Position numbers and translations under genes: made by a program. The notes below the pieces were generated by a model. It was given only the letters and a program-made list of their open reading frames with translations, had not been told where the DNA came from and searched no databases. DNA of 64,000 bases from Myxococcota bacterium (GTDB lineage Bacteria > Myxococcota_A > Polyangia > Polyangiales > Sandaracinaceae), in the NCBI GenBank assembly GCA_036149055.1, contig JAYZQJ010000007.1, positions 64,001-128,000 of the forward strand. Direction: 5' to 3'. Shown here piece after piece: positions 18,280 through 27,748 of the stretch. Every line of letters begins with the position of its first letter. The first letter of the stretch is position 1.

Positions 18280-19750
18280 ATGTCTTCGGATGGGGGCGGC
18301 GTCGGCGGCGGACCCACGGGGCGGCGAGCAGGACGGTGAGCCAGAGGGCGCTCGGGCGGGAGCGGGTCGCGCGGCAGCCGCAGCCTGCTGACTCGGGCGG
18401 CGAGGCGGGGCCGGCGTCCAGGGGCGCGCCGGCGTCGGGGCCCGGCGGCGCGAGGCCGAGGAGAGTCCGGAGCGCGGGCGCGGGGGCGACGACGCCGCGG
18501 CCATAGAGCGGGTCGTGGCCGGTCTCGTCGGGGGTCGCGAACGGCGCCGGCCGCGTGGTCTCGAGCAGCACGTCGTGGATCTCGGCGGCCGTGGCCTCGG
18601 GATCGGCGCTGAAGAGCAGGCCGGCGACGCCCGCCACCACGGGGCAGGCGGACGAGGTGCCGCCGAAGAGGCTCGTGTAGTCGGTGTCGTTCTCGCCCTC
18701 GGCGCCCTGGATGTCGGTCGTGAACGTGCCGGTCGGCGCGGTGAGGTCGAGCGACGGGCCGAAGTTGCTGAACGGCGCGGCCTCGTCGAAGAGGGTCAGG
18801 GCGCCCACCGCGATCACCCCGCGCACGCCGGTCAGCTCGTCGTCCGACAGCGCGCGGTTGTCGTTCCCGGCGGCGAAGACGACGAGCGCGCCGAGACCGC
18901 CGCGCCCGTTGTCGTGGAGGTCCTCCAGCACCGCCCGGAGCATCGGCGGGGCGTCGATGGGCTCGGCGAAGCCCCAGCTGTTCGAGACGACCGCCGCGCC
19001 CTGATCGAAGGCGTAGCGGAAGGCGGCGATGTCCGCGCTGAGCGGCGTGAGGCTGCCGCGCGTGCCCAGCAGGCGGACGCAGCGGAGCGTGCACTCGGGG
19101 CAGACCCCCGCCACGCCGACGCCGTTGTCGCCCACCGCCGCCGCGATGCCCGCGCACGCGGTCCCGTGCTCGTTCCCCGGCTCGCCCGGGACGAAGCTCG
19201 GGTCGTCGTCCTCGTCTCGCACGTCCCGGCCGCCGAGCAGCGCGGCCTCCAGGTCGGGGTGCGTCATGTCGCAGCCGTTGTCGACGATGACGATGGTGGT
19301 CGACGGGTCGCCGGTCTCGATCGCCCACGCCTCCTCGACGCCGATCCGCTCCAGGTACCACTGCCCGCCGTAGCGCGGATCGTTCGGGGGCACGTCGATC
19401 GCTTCCGTCTGCCGCGGCAGGTAGAGGTCGGGCATCACGTCGAGGAGGGCGCCGTCGCCCGCGAGGCGATCCGCCAGCGCCGCGCCGTCCCCCGACGCGT
19501 CACGCACCCGCCAGATGCCGAGCCGCGGGTGGATCGCGCGGGGCACGTCCAGGTCGCGTGAGGCGGCCCAGCGCGCGGCGTCGACCCCGGGCCGAACCCG
19601 CACCAGCGCGTGCGCCCCGACCTGCGCCTCGATGCGCGCGCCGCCCGCTTCGTAGGTCGTCGCCGTCAACGCGTCCGGCGCGGTCTGCGCAGACGCCATC
19701 GCGCCCTGCAGAAGAAAAAACGAAGCGATGAGATTGACAGCCGTTCTCAT
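18266..19750 (-). CDS. S8 subtilisin-like peptidase with MYXO-CTERM
   Basis: IVDNGCDMTHPDL (D), HGTACAG (H), GGTSSACP (S); GCGCR...TM...RRRRR tail. Confidence 0.93.
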   Translation of the reverse strand: MRTAVNLIASFFLLQGAMASAQTAPDALTATTYEAGGARIEAQVGAHALVRVRPGVDAARWAASRDLDVPRAIHPRLGIWRVRDASGDGAALADRLAGDGALLDVMPDLYLPRQTEAIDVPPNDPRYGGQWYLERIGVEEAWAIETGDPSTTIVIVDNGCDMTHPDLEAALLGGRDVRDEDDDPSFVPGEPGNEHGTACAGIAAAVGDNGVGVAGVCPECTLRCVRLLGTRGSLTPLSADIAAFRYAFDQGAAVVSNSWGFAEPIDAPPMLRAVLEDLHDNGRGGLGALVVFAAGNDNRALSDDELTGVRGVIAVGALTLFDEAAPFSNFGPSLDLTAPTGTFTTDIQGAEGENDTDYTSLFGGTSSACPVVAGVAGLLFSADPEATAAEIHDVLLETTRPAPFATPDETGHDPLYGRGVVAPAPALRTLLGLAPPGPDAGAPLDAGPASPPESAGCGCRATRSRPSALWLTVLLAAPWVRRRRRPHPKTWGRS

Positions 19751-19755
19751 TCTCA
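19729..19755. promoter_or_regulatory. Fur-box-like palindrome at the divergent S8/HmuY junction
   Basis: TGAGATTGACAGC-C-GTTCTCATTCTCA, imperfect 27-nt dyad with a 7-1-7 core. Confidence 0.6.
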
Positions 19756-19798
19756 CCAAGGTAGCGCACCTTCGCGGCCCCACGGAAGAGGAAACACG

Positions 19799-20593
19799 AT
19801 GCGCTTGATACTCGGCCTGACCCTGACTCTCTTCGCCGTCGGTTGTGACGACGGCGCGATGGTCGTCGACGACGCCGGGACGACTCCCGAGACCGACGCC
19901 GGCCTCCCGCCCGGGGACTCGGGCGCTCCGCCCGTCGACTCCGGGGCGGCACGCGAGGTCGCCTGCGTCGACGAGTCGATCTCGCAGCTGATGCTCTTCG
20001 ACGACGTCTCGAGCGGCGCCATCACCGAGGAGAGCGCGGAGAGCGGCACCTTCGTGCACCACGTCGACGCGACCGCGGGCGGCCGGGCGCCGACCGAGAG
20101 CTACGTCTACGCGCGCTTCACCGACGCGGGCCTCGAGAAGGTCGAGATCGACGACGAGTCGGCGTTCGAGTCCAACGACTGGCACATCGCGCTCCGCCGC
20201 TTCGTCATCCGCGTCAACGGCGGCGTCTCGGGCCCGGGCACCGTCACCGCGGCCCGCACCGCCCCGGACACCGCCTTCGAGACCCTCGACGCCGTGCCGG
20301 ACGGGCTGATGTACCGCGAGGAGGCGTACTTCACCGACACCTGCGAGTACGTCTCCGACGGGTCGGGCATCGGCTCTCCCGCCACCGCCCTCGCGAGCTT
20401 CTGGACGTACGCCGGCTGCGTCGCGATGACCGGCAACGTCTACGTGGTCGCGCTCCCGAGCGGCCGTCACGTCAAGCTGCAGGTCCTCTCGTACTACAGC
20501 CCGGACGTCCAGACGACCTGCGACGAGAGCAGCACCATCAGCAGCCCGTCGGGCGCGGGCAACCTGCGAATCCAGTGGGCCTTCATCGACTGA
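19799..20593 (+). CDS. HmuY family heme-binding lipoprotein
   Basis: Lipobox AVGC; WHIALRRFVIRVNGGVSGPG, VYVV..GRHVKLQVLSYY. Confidence 0.85.
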   Translation: MRLILGLTLTLFAVGCDDGAMVVDDAGTTPETDAGLPPGDSGAPPVDSGAAREVACVDESISQLMLFDDVSSGAITEESAESGTFVHHVDATAGGRAPTESYVYARFTDAGLEKVEIDDESAFESNDWHIALRRFVIRVNGGVSGPGTVTAARTAPDTAFETLDAVPDGLMYREEAYFTDTCEYVSDGSGIGSPATALASFWTYAGCVAMTGNVYVVALPSGRHVKLQVLSYYSPDVQTTCDESSTISSPSGAGNLRIQWAFID

Positions 20594-22056
20594 TCGCGCT
20601 CGGCGCGGCGTGCCTGACGCTCGCCTGCGAGGCGGACGTGGGCGCCACGCGCGCCGCCCAGCGCCCGGACACGCCGGACACCACCGATCTCCCGCCGGTG
20701 TTCGGCGACGCCGACGTGGTCGAGACCCACGACTCGGTGGGGGGGCGCTTCCGCGTCCACTTCACACGCGCCGGACAGCACGCCGTGCCCCTGGACGACG
20801 ACGACATGGACGGAACCCCCGACTACGTGCAGGAGGTCGGCGAGGAGTACGAGCGGGTGCTCGCGTTCTTCACCGACGAGCTCGGCTTCGCCGCCCCGCT
20901 CTCCGACGCGGACGTGCCCGACAACGGCGGCGACGATCGCTTCGACGTCTACCTGCTCGACTTCCCGCCCGGCGCCGACGGCTCGTTCCGGCGCGACGAG
21001 TGCACGCTCGCGCCGACGCGCTGCCCCGGCCACATGCTGCAGGAGAACGACTTCGCCGGCCGGGGCTATCCCTCGCGCTCGGTCGCGACCCGCATCCTCG
21101 CCAGCCACGAGCTCTTCCACGCCGTACAAGCCGGCTACGAGGCCGAGCCCGGCGTCGTGGTCGGGGAGGGCACCGCGGTGTGGGCGTCCGAGGCCTACGA
21201 CCCGAGCCTCGACGACTTCGAGAGCTTCGTCGGCGGGTACCTCTCTCGGCCCGAGCGATCGCTCGGCCAGGAGCCCACCGGGCCGGTCGACCCGTTCTCC
21301 TATGGCGCCGGCCTCTTCTTTCGCTTCCTCGAGGAGCGTCACGACCGCGGGGTGATCCGCGAGCTGTGGGAGACGCCCGCGCCTGGTGGCGCGATCGACT
21401 GGCTCGCGGCGCTCGACGCCGTCCTCGCGACCCGCGGGAGCAGCTTCCCGGAGGCCTTCGCCGAGCTCGCCCGGTGGAACCTCTACACCGCGCGCCGCGC
21501 CGACGCGGAGCTGGCCTGGGCCGAAGGGGCCGCCTACCCGCCGGTCACCGAGCGCGCGGTCGAGCTCCCCTACGCCGACGACCTGGTGCGCGTGTTCCCC
21601 GCCTCGGTCCGCTACTACGCGGCGCCCACCGGCGGCCGGGGTGAGGTCGAGGTGGCGTCGACCGCGGCCGATCCGGCGGACCTCGCGGACGTGCGGCTGC
21701 TGCTGGCGTTCGAGGAGGACGGCCGCATCACCCACACCCGGGAGACCGCCGAGGCCCGGCTGAGCGCGCCCGCGCAGACCGCCACGACCGTGCACGTCGC
21801 GCTCGTCGGCACCGCGACCTCGGGCGGCAGCCGGCGCGTCGGGCTCTGCGTCGGCTCTCCGGCCGAGGTCTCGGCGTGCCTGGGCGAAGGGACCGAGGCG
21901 GACGGCGGGCCGACCCCGGTCGACGCCGGCGCCCCCGACGCAGGGCTCGCCCCTCCCACTTCCGGCGGCTGCGCGGTGGGCACGCCGCGCGCCCTGCCCG
22001 CGGGGTGGGCGCTCCTCGCGGCCCTCGGGCTCCTCGCGCGCAGGAGGCGGCGGTGA
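20575..22056 (+). CDS. Putative zinc metalloprotease (MXAN_6640-like) with MYXO-CTERM
   Basis: FRVHFT, DGTPDYV, FDVYLLD, SHELFHAVQ (HExxH), EGTAVW; GGCAVG...RRRRR. Confidence 0.85.
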   Translation: MGLHRLIALGAACLTLACEADVGATRAAQRPDTPDTTDLPPVFGDADVVETHDSVGGRFRVHFTRAGQHAVPLDDDDMDGTPDYVQEVGEEYERVLAFFTDELGFAAPLSDADVPDNGGDDRFDVYLLDFPPGADGSFRRDECTLAPTRCPGHMLQENDFAGRGYPSRSVATRILASHELFHAVQAGYEAEPGVVVGEGTAVWASEAYDPSLDDFESFVGGYLSRPERSLGQEPTGPVDPFSYGAGLFFRFLEERHDRGVIRELWETPAPGGAIDWLAALDAVLATRGSSFPEAFAELARWNLYTARRADAELAWAEGAAYPPVTERAVELPYADDLVRVFPASVRYYAAPTGGRGEVEVASTAADPADLADVRLLLAFEEDGRITHTRETAEARLSAPAQTATTVHVALVGTATSGGSRRVGLCVGSPAEVSACLGEGTEADGGPTPVDAGAPDAGLAPPTSGGCAVGTPRALPAGWALLAALGLLARRRRR

Positions 22057-24092
22057 AGCGCGCGCTCGTCGCGGTCCTGTTCATCGGGCTGGGCTCCACG
22101 CCCGCCGCGGCACAGGAGCGCGAAGCCGATGACGTCGTGCTGAGCGACGAGGACGTGCTGAGCGACGAGGACGTGCTGAGCGACGGGGACGTGCTCGAGC
22201 CGGCGCAGACCGAGGACGGCGACGAGCGCGATCTCTTCGACGAGGACGAGCTCACCGTGCCCGAGGTGGTCGTCACCGGCTCGCGCATCGAGGAGCCGGC
22301 CGGGCAGGCGGCGGTGGCGACCGAGGTGATCCGCCGCGAGGAGATCGAGCAGATGGGCGCGCGGGACGCCGCCGAGGTGCTCGAGGAGCGCGCGGGCCTG
22401 CAGCTCCAGCGCTCCTTCCGCGGCACCGAGCTGTGGCTGCGCGGCATGGACCCGGCCTACACGCTCGTGCTCGTGGACGGGGACCGGGTGCCCGGTCGGA
22501 TCGGCGGCGCCGTCGACCTGTCCCGCTACGGCGTCGAGAACATCGAGCGCATCGAGATCGTGCGCGGCCCGAGCTCGGCGCTCTACGGCTCCGACGCGAT
22601 CGGCGGCGTCGTCAACCTGATCACCCGCGACTCGGACCGCGACTTCGAGGCGGACGCGCTCGCGTCGTACGGCCTCAACAACGTCATCGACGCCACCGCG
22701 CGGGTCGCGGGCCGGCCCGAGGAGCACCTCCGGCTCCGGCTCGCGGGCGGGCTCCACTACGCCGACGCCTTCCGTCGCGGCGACGACGAGGCGACGACCG
22801 GCAGCTCCCGCCTCCAGTGGTCGCTCGGCGGTCGCGTCGACTGGCGGCCCGACGCCCGCCACCGCTTCCGGGTCAACGTCGACTACCTCCAGCTCCAGAT
22901 GCAGGGCGTGGACGAGGGCGCGGGCGGCGCGCTCTTCGACCGCACCCAGCTCCAGGAGCAGGCCCGGGTCTCGGGCGAGCACGTGCTGCGCGGCGCCGAC
23001 GGCCTGACGCTGCTCACGCGCTTCACCTACAACCAGTTCCGCGAGCAGTACCTCAACGACCAGCGCGGCAGCAGCCAGCTCGACGACTACGAGGACAACC
23101 GCGAGCACATGGGCCAGGTGACGACGCTCGTGCGCTTCAACCTCGAGGGGCTCGGCACGCACTCCGTCACCGTCGGGTTCGAGGAGCTCTTCCAGTCCCT
23201 CGACTCGGATCGGCTGACGACCTTCGCCCGCCGCGCGCGCTTCGCCGCGCTCGCTCAGGACGAGTGGATCCCCTGGGAGGACGGCGACGCCTCCCTGACC
23301 ATCGTCCCCGGGCTGCGCTACGACGTCGACTCGCAGTTCGGCGATCAGCTCTCGCCCAAGCTCTCGGTCCGCTTCGACCCGGTCTCGCAGCTCGTCCTGC
23401 GCGCCACCTACGGCCGCGGCTTCCGCGCCCCGTCGTTCCAGCAGCTCCTCCTGCGCTTCGAGAACCCGACCGTCGGCTACATCGTCGCCGGCAACCCGAG
23501 CCTCGGCGCGGAGACCTCGCACGGCGTCGACGCCGGCTTCGAGTGGCGACCGATCGACGAGCTCTCGCTCTCGGCGAGCTTCTTCCGCAACGACATCGAG
23601 GGGCTCATCGCCACCGTCACCGTCGACGACCCGACCGCGACCGGCACCCTCTTCAGCTACGCCAACGTCTCGAGCGCGTGGACCATGGGCGTCGAGTCGA
23701 CCGCGACCTTGCGGGTGGACGACGTGCTCGGCGTCATCGCGGGCTACACCCTCACCGAGACCTGGGACGGCCAGAACGAGCGGCACCTCGAGGGGCGCGC
23801 CCGTCACCGCATCACCGCCGCCGCGCGGGTGGCCTACGAGCCCTGGGAGATCAGCTTCGTCGCGCGCGGCGCGCTCATGGTCGACCGCGTCTACTACGTG
23901 GACGTCGACGACGACGGGATCGAGGAGGCGCTGTACCCCGATCCGATCGCGCAGGTCGACCTGCGCCTCTCGAAGACGTTCACGCGCCACCTCGAGCTCT
24001 TCGTCGGCATCGACAACCTGCTCGACGCCGGAGACGCCTACAGCGTGCTTCGGCCCTTCACCGTCTACGGCGGCGCACGCGGCCGCTACTGA
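22053..24092 (+). CDS. TonB-dependent receptor (probable heme/iron)
   Basis: EVVVTGSR TonB box, IERIEIVRGPSSALYGSDAIGGVVNLIT plug, GFRAPS, IDNLLD, terminal Y. Confidence 0.95.
   Translation: MKRALVAVLFIGLGSTPAAAQEREADDVVLSDEDVLSDEDVLSDGDVLEPAQTEDGDERDLFDEDELTVPEVVVTGSRIEEPAGQAAVATEVIRREEIEQMGARDAAEVLEERAGLQLQRSFRGTELWLRGMDPAYTLVLVDGDRVPGRIGGAVDLSRYGVENIERIEIVRGPSSALYGSDAIGGVVNLITRDSDRDFEADALASYGLNNVIDATARVAGRPEEHLRLRLAGGLHYADAFRRGDDEATTGSSRLQWSLGGRVDWRPDARHRFRVNVDYLQLQMQGVDEGAGGALFDRTQLQEQARVSGEHVLRGADGLTLLTRFTYNQFREQYLNDQRGSSQLDDYEDNREHMGQVTTLVRFNLEGLGTHSVTVGFEELFQSLDSDRLTTFARRARFAALAQDEWIPWEDGDASLTIVPGLRYDVDSQFGDQLSPKLSVRFDPVSQLVLRATYGRGFRAPSFQQLLLRFENPTVGYIVAGNPSLGAETSHGVDAGFEWRPIDELSLSASFFRNDIEGLIATVTVDDPTATGTLFSYANVSSAWTMGVESTATLRVDDVLGVIAGYTLTETWDGQNERHLEGRARHRITAAARVAYEPWEISFVARGALMVDRVYYVDVDDDGIEEALYPDPIAQVDLRLSKTFTRHLELFVGIDNLLDAGDAYSVLRPFTVYGGARGRY
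22137..22196 (+). repeat. 18-bp in-frame tandem repeat (VLSDED) x3.3
   Basis: GTGCTGAGCGACGAGGAC repeated. Confidence 0.9.
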
Positions 24093-24100
24093 GGTACGAG

Positions 24101-25735
24101 ATGACACGATACGTGACGTGGTTCATGGCGCTCACCCTGCTGGGATGCGCGCCCACCCTCACCCCGGACGGCGACGACGCCGGGGTGATCGACTCCGGCC
24201 CGTGGACCGGCGGGGACATCCCGCCGTCGAGCGGCAGCTTCACCCACTCCGTCGCGGACGGCGTCGTGACCACGGTGGTGGACGCGACGAGCGCCACGGA
24301 CTGGCAGCACCTCGACATGGACAGCGGCCACTCGGTCGAGCCGAGCGAGGGCTGGGAGCTGGCCTTCTCGCGTTTCCGCGTGCGCATCAACGGCGGGACC
24401 ACCGGGAGCGGGGGGGTGCAGGTCGCGGCGCTCGACGGCGTCGCCTGGGACGACGTGACCCGGGCGCCCGAGGAGGGCTGGACCGTCCCCGGGCCCGACG
24501 GTGAGGTCGACGACGACACCGAGCCCGACAACGTGTTCAACGACGGCGAGCGCGACTGGTACGACTACGACGTCGAGACGCACACGCTGACCCCCCGTGA
24601 CGTGACCTACGTCGTGGCCTCGACCGAGGGGGCCTTCTTCAAGCTGCGCTTCGAGGCCTACTACGACGACGCGGGCTCACCCGCGGTGGTGCGCTTCCGC
24701 TGGGCCCCGGTCGCGGCGCCCGCCTCGATGCTGCCCGACGCGGGCACGGGCGGCCCGGTCGACGGCGGCGTCGCTCCCGACTCCGGCACCGAGCCGCTGC
24801 CCGACCACGCCATCACGGTGAACGCCGGCGACGGCGCGGCGTGGGTCTACGTCAGCGCGACCGAGGGCGTCGTCACGCCCGCCGACCCCGAGAACGACCC
24901 GAGCTGGGACATCGCGTTGCGTCGCACCGAGGTCCGCACCAACTCCGGCACCAGCGGGGTCGGCCTGGCCGGCGCCCGGATCGACGGCTCGGGCCTCGCG
25001 TTCGACGCGCTGACGGACGCCTCGACGTTCGGCTTCGTGGTGGACGAGGTGGTCGACACCGGCCGGCCCGGCACCGAGCCGACCAGCCTCAGCCCCGTGC
25101 TCACCGACTGGTACGACTACGATCCGGCCACCCACAGCGTGGCGCCGAGCGACCTCACCTTCGTCGTGCGCACCGGGGTCGGCGGCTACGCGAAGCTCCG
25201 CATCTGGGGCTGGGACGACGGCACGTACCAGCTCTCGCTCGTGCCGATCGAGCGGCGTGTCGAGCGCCTGGAGCTCGACGTCGACGCGACGAGCAGCGAC
25301 GCGTGGACCTACCTGAGCCTGCGCGACGGCGCGCTCGTGACGGTGATGGACCCGAGCGCCGAGACGCACTGGGACCTCGGGATCTCGCGCACCCGGTTCC
25401 GCACCAACTCCGGCACGAGCGGCGGAGGCATGGGCGCCGCGGTGGAGACCCCCGTCGACACGATCGCCGCGCTCGGCGACGCGCCGACCGAGGGCTGGAC
25501 CCCCGACGAGACCATCACGCCGGCCCGCCCCGGCGCCGAGCCCTACAGCGCCAACCCGGTGCTCGAGGGCTGGTACGACTACGACCCGGCGACCCACGTC
25601 GTGTCGCCCCGCCCGGTGGTCTACGCCGTGCGCACCGCGGACGGACACGTCGGCGCCCTGCGCATCCTCAGCTACGCGAGCGGCACCTACCGCGTCGCGA
25701 TCGCCTTCGCTGGACCCGGACGTACTTCCTTCTGA
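24101..25735 (+). CDS. Lipoprotein with three tandem HmuY domains
   Basis: Lipobox LLGC; WELAFSRFRVRINGG, WDIALRRTEVRTNSG, WDLGISRTRFRTNSG, each followed by WYDYDxxTH. Confidence 0.85.
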   Translation: MTRYVTWFMALTLLGCAPTLTPDGDDAGVIDSGPWTGGDIPPSSGSFTHSVADGVVTTVVDATSATDWQHLDMDSGHSVEPSEGWELAFSRFRVRINGGTTGSGGVQVAALDGVAWDDVTRAPEEGWTVPGPDGEVDDDTEPDNVFNDGERDWYDYDVETHTLTPRDVTYVVASTEGAFFKLRFEAYYDDAGSPAVVRFRWAPVAAPASMLPDAGTGGPVDGGVAPDSGTEPLPDHAITVNAGDGAAWVYVSATEGVVTPADPENDPSWDIALRRTEVRTNSGTSGVGLAGARIDGSGLAFDALTDASTFGFVVDEVVDTGRPGTEPTSLSPVLTDWYDYDPATHSVAPSDLTFVVRTGVGGYAKLRIWGWDDGTYQLSLVPIERRVERLELDVDATSSDAWTYLSLRDGALVTVMDPSAETHWDLGISRTRFRTNSGTSGGGMGAAVETPVDTIAALGDAPTEGWTPDETITPARPGAEPYSANPVLEGWYDYDPATHVVSPRPVVYAVRTADGHVGALRILSYASGTYRVAIAFAGPGRTSF

Positions 25736-25748
25736 AAGGGACAGGATC

Positions 25749-27740
25749 ATGCGCGCTCGAATTCTCATCGCACTCCTCCTGACCGCCTGCGGGAGCGCCT
25801 CGGCGCCGCCCGTCCAGTCCGCCGACGACTCGGCGGGCGTGAGCGAGGCGCCCCCGGCGCCGCCCGGCGACGACGGCGTCGACGTCGAGGCGGGGCTCTT
25901 GCCGCCGATGCCGGTGGCCGTGACCAGCTTCGGGGCGGCCGTCTCCGGCGACCACCTCTACGTGCTCGGCGGCCACCACGGCACGCCTCACCAGTACTCG
26001 CGGGAGGGGCAGTCGCGCTCGCTGTGGCGCGTCCCGCTCGTCGGCGGCGAGTGGGAGCAGGCCGGGCACATCGAGCACGGCCTCCAGGGCCTCGCGCTCG
26101 TCGCCCACGACGGAGTGGTCTGCCGCTTCGGCGGCAACCGCATCCTCAACCCCGCGGGCGAGCCGGCGAACATGCGCTCGGTGGACGACGCCGCCTGCTT
26201 CTCGCCGGCGACGAACGAGTGGACGGCGCTGCCGGAGCTGCCCGCGGGCCGCTCGTCGCACGAGGCGGCGGTGATCGGAGAGGTCGCCTACGTCGCGGGC
26301 GGATGGCAGCTCGACGACGGCGGTCCGACCGACGCGACCTGGGCCGAGGACGTGCTCGCCCTCGACCTGCACGGAGGAGATCGGGAGTGGCGCCGCATCG
26401 AGGCCCCCTTCCGGCGCCGCGCCGTGGGCGTGGCCAGCGCCGCCGGCAAGCTCGTCGTGCTCGGCGGCCTGACCCCGGAGCGCGAGGTCTCGCGTCAGGT
26501 GGACGTGCTCGACCCGGCCACCGGCGAGTGGAGCCGCGGTCCCGACTTCCCGAGCGACGCGTTCGGCGCCGCGGCGGTCGGCGTGGGCGACCGCGTCTAC
26601 GCCTCGGCGCGCGACGGCGTCGTCTACGCCTGGCAGGTGGGCAGCGAGGCGTGGGCCCCGGCCGCGTCGCTCGCGTTCCCGCGCTTCTTCCACCAGCTCC
26701 GGCCCGCGGCCGACGGGGAGCTGATCGCGGTCGGCGGCATCAGCGGCATGCACACCGCGGGGCGGACCCGGCACGTGGAGCGCGTCGCCCTCGACGCCAC
26801 CGCGCCGCAGCTCCTCACCTGGACCGCGAACTACCCGGGCGCGGCGAAGAACCGGCAGGCGGCGTTCGTGAACGACGACTACCTCTACCTCTTCGGCGGC
26901 AACAACAGCCTCGGCCAGCACGACTTCGAGCCGGAGAACTTCGTCTCGGACGGCTGGCGGCTGCACCTCCCGTCGATGACCTGGGAGTCGATCGCCCCCT
27001 ACCCCGCGAACCGCCAGACCATGCAGACCGTCACCCTCGGCGGCCAGGGCGTCGCGGTCGGCGGCTTCGGCCACGACGGCGAGGCGGCGGTGACCCATCC
27101 GCAGGCGTTCGCCTTCGACTTCGCGTCCGGCCAGTGGTCCGAGCGCGGGGGCCTGCCCCGGGGGCGCACCCAGTTCGGGCTCGTGAGCCACGGCGAGCGC
27201 CTCTGGATCTTCGGAGGCCTCAACTACGATCCGTCGCGAGAGGGTCAGGCGGCCTTCGATCACGTGACCGGCTCGCTGGCCACGCCCGAGGGCGAGCCCG
27301 GTGGCGCCTTCGCGGACGCCTCGGTCGAGCTCCCCGGCCCCCGCCGCGCGTTCGCGGGCGCCGCGCTCGAGGGCCGCTACTACATCGTCGGCGGCATGCA
27401 GGAGGGCTTCCAGCTCGTCGACGACTGCCTCGTCCACGACTTCGACTCGGGCGACTTCGCGCCGATCGCCTGCCCGCGCCGCACGCGGCTGAGCGGCCAC
27501 CTCATCCCCCTCGAGGGCAAGCTCTACCTGCTCGGCGGCTCGTACCGCGGCGACGACAGCATGGAGACCGATCGCTCGGTCGAGGTCTACGACCCGGCCA
27601 CGAACACGTGGGAGGTCCTGGTGGAGGAGCTCCCCTTCGACACCCGGCACATGCACGCGCTCGCCTACCGCGATCGCATCCTGATGTTCAGCACCCACAC
27701 CGAGGACCCGAGGGCCCGGGTCGCGCTCCTGGCGCCCTGA
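25749..27740 (+). CDS. Kelch-repeat lipoprotein (about two propellers)
   Basis: Lipobox LTAC; repeated LYVLGG/YVAGG/YLFGG blades, VEVYDPATNTW. Confidence 0.88.
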   Translation: MRARILIALLLTACGSASAPPVQSADDSAGVSEAPPAPPGDDGVDVEAGLLPPMPVAVTSFGAAVSGDHLYVLGGHHGTPHQYSREGQSRSLWRVPLVGGEWEQAGHIEHGLQGLALVAHDGVVCRFGGNRILNPAGEPANMRSVDDAACFSPATNEWTALPELPAGRSSHEAAVIGEVAYVAGGWQLDDGGPTDATWAEDVLALDLHGGDREWRRIEAPFRRRAVGVASAAGKLVVLGGLTPEREVSRQVDVLDPATGEWSRGPDFPSDAFGAAAVGVGDRVYASARDGVVYAWQVGSEAWAPAASLAFPRFFHQLRPAADGELIAVGGISGMHTAGRTRHVERVALDATAPQLLTWTANYPGAAKNRQAAFVNDDYLYLFGGNNSLGQHDFEPENFVSDGWRLHLPSMTWESIAPYPANRQTMQTVTLGGQGVAVGGFGHDGEAAVTHPQAFAFDFASGQWSERGGLPRGRTQFGLVSHGERLWIFGGLNYDPSREGQAAFDHVTGSLATPEGEPGGAFADASVELPGPRRAFAGAALEGRYYIVGGMQEGFQLVDDCLVHDFDSGDFAPIACPRRTRLSGHLIPLEGKLYLLGGSYRGDDSMETDRSVEVYDPATNTWEVLVEELPFDTRHMHALAYRDRILMFSTHTEDPRARVALLAP

Positions 27741-27748
27741 GCGTCAGC

